A stretch of DNA of 64,000 nt. Origin: Kiritimatiellia bacterium (GTDB lineage: Bacteria; Verrucomicrobiota; Kiritimatiellia; WLWN01). The notes under the pieces were generated by a model. The model worked only from the letters and a program-made list of their open reading frames with translations. It ran no database searches and had not been told where the DNA came from. The translations under genes and the position numbers were made by a program. The stretch covers positions 1,676,538-1,740,537 of the forward strand of contig WLWN01000001.1 of NCBI GenBank assembly GCA_012103575.1. The letters are read 5' to 3'. Shown piece after piece: positions 59,261 through 64,000 of the stretch; positions within the stretch are counted from its first letter, which is position 1, and each line of letters begins with the position of its first letter.

Positions 59261-59611
59261 ATGGAAGTACAGGCTATAACGAAATTTGTGCATATATCGG
59301 CTTCTAAAGCTAGAGATTTAGCTCGAGCTATACAAGGGCGCAAGGCGCCTGATGCTCTTACCATTACTCAAAATAGCCCTAGAAAAGCTGGATTTTTGGT
59401 GGGTAAAACGTTGAAAGCCGCGATTGCCAATGCTGAGAATAATGCAAAGATATCCGCCGAGAATCTTGTTGTGAAGATGGCCGTGGTCGATCAAGGGCCG
59501 ATCCATAAACGGTTTCGTGCGGGTGCGCGGGGTTCGGCAAAGCCGCTACAAAAGAAAACGAGTCATATCAAAATCGTGTTAAGCAATCACGTGAAAGCAA
59601 AAAAAGCATAG
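59261..59611 (+). CDS. rplV: 50S ribosomal protein L22
   Basis: MEVQAITKFVHISASKARDLARAIQGR is a typical L22 sequence. Confidence 0.9.
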   Translation: MEVQAITKFVHISASKARDLARAIQGRKAPDALTITQNSPRKAGFLVGKTLKAAIANAENNAKISAENLVVKMAVVDQGPIHKRFRAGARGSAKPLQKKTSHIKIVLSNHVKAKKA

Positions 59612-59631
59612 ATGTGTGAAAGGAGACCATT

Positions 59632-60294
59632 TTGGGCCAAAAAGTTAATCCTATAGGGTTACGCGTAGCCGTTACAAAAAATTGGCGGTCTCGGTGGTAT
59701 GCCGAAAAGAAAGAGTATGGTGATCTTCTTCATGAAGACATCCAAATCCGTAAACTGGTTAAGCAGCGGCTGAAGGATGCAGCTGTACCTGAGGTGATTA
59801 TTGAGCGCTATGCGAGTCGAGCGAGGGTAACGGTATATACAGCACGACCGGGTATTGTTATTGGGCGAAAGGGACAGGATATTGAACGGTTACGCGAAGA
59901 GTTAGCCGTGCAAACAGGAAAAGAAATTTATATTGAAATTCGTGAAATTAAAGAAGCGGATACAAATGCCCAATTAGTGGCTGAAGTCATTGGGCTTCAA
60001 CTGGAGCGGCGTGTATCGTTTCGTCGTGCGTTGAAACGGGCTGTTCAGATTGCTATGGATATGGGGGTTTTAGGCATTAAAGTAGAGGCTTCAGGTCGTT
60101 TATGGGGATCAGAATTAGCACGGCGTGAGGGCTATAAAGAAGGGAAGGTGCCTTTACACACATTACGGGAAAATATCGAATATGGCTTTGCTAAATCCAA
60201 TACCACGGCAGGGAAAATTGGGATAAAAGTTTGGATTTGTAAGAAAGAAGAAAAAGTCGAGGAAAAGGAGAAATCTTATGCCTCTTATGCCTAA
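59632..60294 (+). CDS. rpsC: 30S ribosomal protein S3
   Basis: [12 protein letters not shown], with KH and S3-C domains. TTG start with an AGGAG ribosome-binding site. Confidence 0.9.
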   Translation: MGQKVNPIGLRVAVTKNWRSRWYAEKKEYGDLLHEDIQIRKLVKQRLKDAAVPEVIIERYASRARVTVYTARPGIVIGRKGQDIERLREELAVQTGKEIYIEIREIKEADTNAQLVAEVIGLQLERRVSFRRALKRAVQIAMDMGVLGIKVEASGRLWGSELARREGYKEGKVPLHTLRENIEYGFAKSNTTAGKIGIKVWICKKEEKVEEKEKSYASYA

Positions 60295-60691
60295 ACGCGT
60301 TAAGCACCGAAAGGTGCAACGGGGCAATTATAAAGGTCACGCGAGTCGAGGGAACACGATTGCTTTTGGCGAGTATGGGCTCCAAGCATTAGGGCGTGCG
60401 TGGATCACCAATATTCAGATTGAAGCCTGTCGTGTGGCTGTCAATCGAACGATGAAGCGTAAGGGAAAGCTTTGGATACGGATTTTCCCCGATAAACCGT
60501 ATACGCAGAAGCCCCTGGAAACAAGGATGGGTAAAGGAAAAGGGGGCGTTGAATATTGGGTGGCTGTTGTGAAACCCGGTCGCGTTCTCTTTGAAGTGGA
60601 TGGAACTTCGGAGTTGATTGCGAGAGAGGCGTTTAGAATTGCAGCGGCAAAATTGCCGATACGAGCAAAATTTGTTCAACGTCATCGATAA
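60278..60691 (+). CDS. rplP: 50S ribosomal protein L16
   Basis: [16 protein letters not shown] is a typical L16 sequence. Confidence 0.9.
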   Translation: MPLMPKRVKHRKVQRGNYKGHASRGNTIAFGEYGLQALGRAWITNIQIEACRVAVNRTMKRKGKLWIRIFPDKPYTQKPLETRMGKGKGGVEYWVAVVKPGRVLFEVDGTSELIAREAFRIAAAKLPIRAKFVQRHR

Positions 60692-60696
60692 CGATT

Positions 60697-60894
60697 ATGA
60701 AAACAAGTAAAATACGAGAAATGACAGACGAAGAACTCGATCAGCTTTACCGGGATACGCGTAAAGAGATCTTTAATTTGCGGATGCAAAAAGCAACTGG
60801 ACAATTAGAAAACCCTTTGCGTTTACGGGGTGTTAGACGTGATGTCGCTCGTATTAAAACGGTTCTCAATGAACGGAGAGGATCAGCCGTCTGA
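60697..60894 (+). CDS. rpmC: 50S ribosomal protein L29
   Basis: 65 aa; its position and sequence ([26 protein letters not shown]) match L29. Confidence 0.85.
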   Translation: MKTSKIREMTDEELDQLYRDTRKEIFNLRMQKATGQLENPLRLRGVRRDVARIKTVLNERRGSAV

Positions 60895-61175
60895 TGAATG
60901 AAGTAAGTGATTTAAAAAGAGGTTTGCGGAAGACAAGAGAAGGGCTCGTGGTTAGTGCGCGGATGGATAAAACCATTATTGTTTTAGTCGAGAGGCGTAT
61001 TCGTCATCCCCTCTACGGAAAAGAGATGCGTCGTTTTAAGAAGTTTTATGTTCATGATGAAAAAAATGAAGCGAAACGTGGAGATAAGGTTCGTATTATG
61101 GAAACACGTCCGCTAAGTAAACTTAAACGGTGGCGATTTGTTGAAATTTTATCGAGTGGATTGGCCACCGGCTGA
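60894..61175 (+). CDS. rpsQ: 30S ribosomal protein S17
   Basis: [27 protein letters not shown] matches S17. Confidence 0.9.
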   Translation: MNEVSDLKRGLRKTREGLVVSARMDKTIIVLVERRIRHPLYGKEMRRFKKFYVHDEKNEAKRGDKVRIMETRPLSKLKRWRFVEILSSGLATG

Positions 61176-61189
61176 ACACCTAACGAAAC

Positions 61190-61555
61190 ATGATTATAGA
61201 AGAAACAAAATTACGAGTAGCAGATAACACCGGTGCACGCAGTGTACAATGTATACGTATTTTAGGACAACGTAAACGGTGCGCTTGTGTTGGGGATATT
61301 ATTAAGATATCTGTTAAAGATGCTCAGCCAGGGAGTATGGTGAAAAAAGGGGAGGTTCACGATGCTATCATTGTTCGGACTAAAAACGCGATTCGAAGAT
61401 ATGATGGATCTGTACTTCGGTTCGATCATAATGCGGTGGTCCTCATTGATGAACAAAAAAATCCGCAGGGCACTCGTATCTTTGGGCCTGTTGCGCGTGA
61501 ATTACGCGATAAAAATTTTATGAAACTAATATCATTGGCACCTGAAGTGCTTTAG
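61190..61555 (+). CDS. rplN: 50S ribosomal protein L14
   Basis: [17 protein letters not shown] matches L14. Confidence 0.9.
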   Translation: MIIEETKLRVADNTGARSVQCIRILGQRKRCACVGDIIKISVKDAQPGSMVKKGEVHDAIIVRTKNAIRRYDGSVLRFDHNAVVLIDEQKNPQGTRIFGPVARELRDKNFMKLISLAPEVL

Positions 61556-61572
61556 AAACAATTTGGAGTAAC

Positions 61573-61866
61573 ATGTCAAAAGCTCATATCAAAAAAGGTG
61601 ATATCGTCGTTGCCATTACAGGTGATGATGCGGCGATTAAAAAAACAGGTAAAGTCCTTCAAATTATACCTCGTTTAAAGGTGGCGGTTGTCGAAGGTCT
61701 AAACTATGTGAAAAAACATATGAAACCAACCCAAGACAATCCGCAGGGCGGTATTATTGAAAAAGAAGCGCCGATTGCTCTATCCAACTTGAAACAATAT
61801 GACCAGACCCAAAACGCCGTTGCGAATCCCGATAAAGTAAGGATAAAGAATGACCTCTACCCTTAA
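61573..61866 (+). CDS. rplX: 50S ribosomal protein L24
   Basis: A KOW motif (IKKGDIVVAITGDD). Confidence 0.9.
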   Translation: MSKAHIKKGDIVVAITGDDAAIKKTGKVLQIIPRLKVAVVEGLNYVKKHMKPTQDNPQGGIIEKEAPIALSNLKQYDQTQNAVANPDKVRIKNDLYP

Positions 61867-62392
61867 GTCAACATATATAAACGAGATCGTTCCCAAACTT
61901 TGTGAAACGAGAGGTTTTAAGAATAGACTGCAAGCGCCGCGTCTTCGTAAGGTTGTTGTGAATATGGGCATTGATACAGGTGTTGATAAAGATACCTTTA
62001 AAGCTGTTACGGAAGATTTAGCCAAACTGACTGGACAGAAACCGATTATTACAAAAGCCCATAAGAGTATCTCAAACTTTAAATTGCGCGAAGGCATGCC
62101 TGTGGGGGCAAAAGTGACTCTGCGCGGAGTCCGTATGTTTGATTTTTTAGAACGTTTAATTCATGTTATTCTACCCCGTATTCGAGACTTTCGGGGTGTT
62201 CCTCTAAAATCTTTTGATGGTCAAGGCAATTATTCGTTGGGCATCAAAGAGCAATCTGTGTTTCCTGAGATTAACCCGGATCATATTAAAAAATCTCAGG
62301 GCATGGACATTACGATTGTAACCACTGAAAAAGAAGATGAGCATGCGCGTGAGCTATTAACGCTCCTCGGCATGCCCTTTGCGCATAACTAA
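61850..62392 (+). CDS. rplE: 50S ribosomal protein L5
   Basis: [13 protein letters not shown] ... NMGIDTGV matches L5. Confidence 0.9.
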   Translation: MTSTLKSTYINEIVPKLCETRGFKNRLQAPRLRKVVVNMGIDTGVDKDTFKAVTEDLAKLTGQKPIITKAHKSISNFKLREGMPVGAKVTLRGVRMFDFLERLIHVILPRIRDFRGVPLKSFDGQGNYSLGIKEQSVFPEINPDHIKKSQGMDITIVTTEKEDEHARELLTLLGMPFAHN

Positions 62393-62409
62393 CATGGAGT
62401 AGAGAACCC

Positions 62410-62595
62410 TTGGCAAAAACATCATTAATTGTTAAATCAAATCGAACCCCTAAATTTAGAGCGAGGACATACAGTCGATGTCGTCAATGCGGTCGGTCTC
62501 GTGGGTATATGAGAAAATTTCAATTATGTCGCATCTGTTTTCGAGAATTAGCTTCTGAAGGAAAGATTCCTGGAGTGACCAAGGCCAGTTGGTAA
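62410..62595 (+). CDS. rpsN: 30S ribosomal protein S14 type Z (zinc-binding)
   Basis: 61 aa with [20 protein letters not shown]. Confidence 0.9.
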   Translation: MAKTSLIVKSNRTPKFRARTYSRCRQCGRSRGYMRKFQLCRICFRELASEGKIPGVTKASW

Positions 62596-62617
62596 TTAAA
62601 AGAGAAAGAATAGAAAA

Positions 62618-63016
62618 ATGAGTTTATCAGATCCTATTGCGAATATGTTAACCTCCATTCGCAACGCCACTATGGCCAAAAAAGAGGTAGTAGAAGTTAC
62701 TCACTCAATATTGAAAAGTCATCTCGCACGAATTTTGAAACGTGAAGGATTTATTACCGATTATGTGTCTGAAGCACACGATGATAAAAAAGTCATACGA
62801 TTGTTTCTTAAGTATAACTTCGAACAAGAGCCCGTTATACAAGGGCTGAAAAGAATTAGTAAATCTGGACTTAGACATTATGTTTCAGCGGATAAAGTCC
62901 CTTATGTATTGAGAGGGATGGGAGTCGCCATTTTGACGACTTCCTATGGAATACTTACAGATCATGATGCGCGGAAGAAAGGGATTGGCGGTGAAGTTCT
63001 TTGCCATGTCTGGTAG
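62618..63016 (+). CDS. rpsH: 30S ribosomal protein S8
   Basis: MSLSDPIANMLTSIRNA matches S8. Confidence 0.9.
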   Translation: MSLSDPIANMLTSIRNATMAKKEVVEVTHSILKSHLARILKREGFITDYVSEAHDDKKVIRLFLKYNFEQEPVIQGLKRISKSGLRHYVSADKVPYVLRGMGVAILTTSYGILTDHDARKKGIGGEVLCHVW

Positions 63017-63073
63017 AGATAAGAGAGAAATATAGATGCCAGAAAGTAGGCCATAGAAGGTGAAAAAAGGATT

Positions 63074-63610
63074 ATGTCTAGAATAGGAATACAACCGATA
63101 CCCATACCCAATGGTGTGACAGTAGAGTTTCAAGACTCAAATGTTATGGTCAAAGGGCCTCAAGGCTCTCTCTCGTGGAAGCTGCCTTCGTTTATTCGTG
63201 TAGCCACTGAGAACAGTGCGGTTTCGATTTCGCGTATAAGCGAAGATAAACAAGCAAAATCTATGCATGGCACAGCACGGAGTTTAATCGCGAGTATGGT
63301 GGAAGGTGTTCATAAAGGATTTACCAAAGAATTGGAAATACAAGGCACTGGTTTTCGGGCACAACTCCAAGGACAAAAATTAACATTGCAGATTGGATTT
63401 TCGCATAACATCGAATTTCAAGCGCCTGAAGGGATTACGTTGCAGGTCCCTAATGAAACACGGATTGTTGTGAGTGGTGCCGGCAAACAACTCGTCGGGC
63501 AAGTAGCGGCTCGGATCCGTTCATTTAACGTTGCAGAACCTTATAAAGGCAAGGGCATACGATACAAAGGGGAGCATGTACGTCGTAAAGCAGGGAAAAC
63601 GGTTGCTTAA
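63074..63610 (+). CDS. rplF: 50S ribosomal protein L6
   Basis: MSRIGIQPIPIPNGVTVEF, and the two L6 domains. Confidence 0.9.
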   Translation: MSRIGIQPIPIPNGVTVEFQDSNVMVKGPQGSLSWKLPSFIRVATENSAVSISRISEDKQAKSMHGTARSLIASMVEGVHKGFTKELEIQGTGFRAQLQGQKLTLQIGFSHNIEFQAPEGITLQVPNETRIVVSGAGKQLVGQVAARIRSFNVAEPYKGKGIRYKGEHVRRKAGKTVA

Positions 63611-63612
63611 TC

Positions 63613-63975
63613 ATGAAAGTAGAAACTAAATCAGACTATAGAGTGCGTCGCCATTTACGTCTTCGGCACAAAATAACGGGCACGGCTCAATGTCCCCGCA
63701 TGAGCGTATTTAAGTCGAATCAACATTTATATGTGCAGTTCATTGATGATGAGAGTGCATGTACACTGGCGTCTGCTTCGACATTAGATTCGCACGTAAA
63801 GCCTATGATTTCAAAACTAAATATAGAAAGCGCGGGTCAATTAGGAACGTTGGCGGCAGAAGCAGCTAAAAGCAAAGGGATCGAACATGTTGTATTTGAT
63901 CGTGGAGGGTTTAAGTATACAGGGAAAATTAAAGCGTTGGCTGAAGCCTCCCGTGAGGCCGGTCTAAAATTTTAA
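63613..63975 (+). CDS. rplR: 50S ribosomal protein L18
   Basis: RLRHKITGTAQCPRMSVFKSNQHLYVQ matches L18. Confidence 0.9.
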   Translation: MKVETKSDYRVRRHLRLRHKITGTAQCPRMSVFKSNQHLYVQFIDDESACTLASASTLDSHVKPMISKLNIESAGQLGTLAAEAAKSKGIEHVVFDRGGFKYTGKIKALAEASREAGLKF

Positions 63976-64000
63976 TCCAGCTGAAAGGCTGTGAAGGAAC

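Noticed and set aside
1-64000. Stop-codon reassignment or suppression to explain in-frame TAA/TAG codons in the intI, IMPase, prepilin and beta-helix genes
   Set aside because: All three stop codons end highly conserved genes at the expected C-termini, and the affected genes also carry frameshifts. Nonsense mutation is the simpler explanation.
1-64000. CRISPR arrays, prophage, or toxin/defence islands
   Set aside because: No regularly spaced direct repeats, no phage structural or integrase-attachment pattern, and no recognisable defence genes. The only integrase-like genes are the XerC/D-family recombinase and the degraded intI.

Overview
This 64-kb window appears to be chromosomal DNA from a bacterium undergoing genome decay, and the most notable features are a degraded integron integrase, two dispersed palindromic repeat families and an SRP RNA candidate upstream of dnaX. 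Roughly 14 kb of the window is insertion-sequence material. Several conserved genes are broken by frameshifts or in-frame stops. An LPS gene (waaA), a DUF1559 prepilin-type gene, a type-Z S14 and beta-helix surface proteins suggest a PVC-superphylum (Verrucomicrobia/Planctomycetes-like) organism, but that placement is only an inference. Everything below was read from the sequence by eye; no searches or folding were run.

Core genes that can be recognised: aroB, dprA (frameshifted), topA (with an unusual triplicated C-terminal module), a XerC/D-family recombinase, waaA/kdtA, a HAD-phosphatase::UbiA-prenyltransferase fusion, recN, an iron-uptake cluster (fdxA, a DtxR/MntR-family regulator, a Fe3+ ABC binding protein, permease and ATPase), queG, dnaE, pdxH, a fatty-acid desaturase, icd, a stand-alone heptose-1-phosphate adenylyltransferase, recR, surE, dnaX, ybaB, mutL, a TetR regulator, rsmG (frameshifted), an FNR-like oxidoreductase, an IMPase with an in-frame stop, and a ribosomal-protein block rplV through rplR. 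There are two tRNAs (CAU and Val-UAC) and an SRP RNA candidate immediately upstream of dnaX.

Insertion sequences: two copies each of two different IS30-family elements, three copies of an IS1380-like element (one truncated), two IS630-family elements, one IS110-family element plus a fragment, and one rve-type transposase pseudogene.

Most interesting observations:
- A degraded integron integrase pseudogene (30006-30993) that still shows the IntI-specific additional domain.
- A disrupted FRG-motif gene in the cassette position upstream of it, with a partial palindromic repeat inserted in its 5' region.
- A family of 163-bp palindromic elements (three full copies and one fragment) whose arms carry compensatory substitutions between copies and GTTAAAC/GTTTAAC boxes resembling attC cores.
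- An AT-rich 36-bp hairpin placed immediately upstream of the -35-like hexamers of both tRNA genes.
- A roughly 290-bp nested palindromic element abutting an IS630 end.

No CRISPR array, prophage or obvious defence operon was seen.
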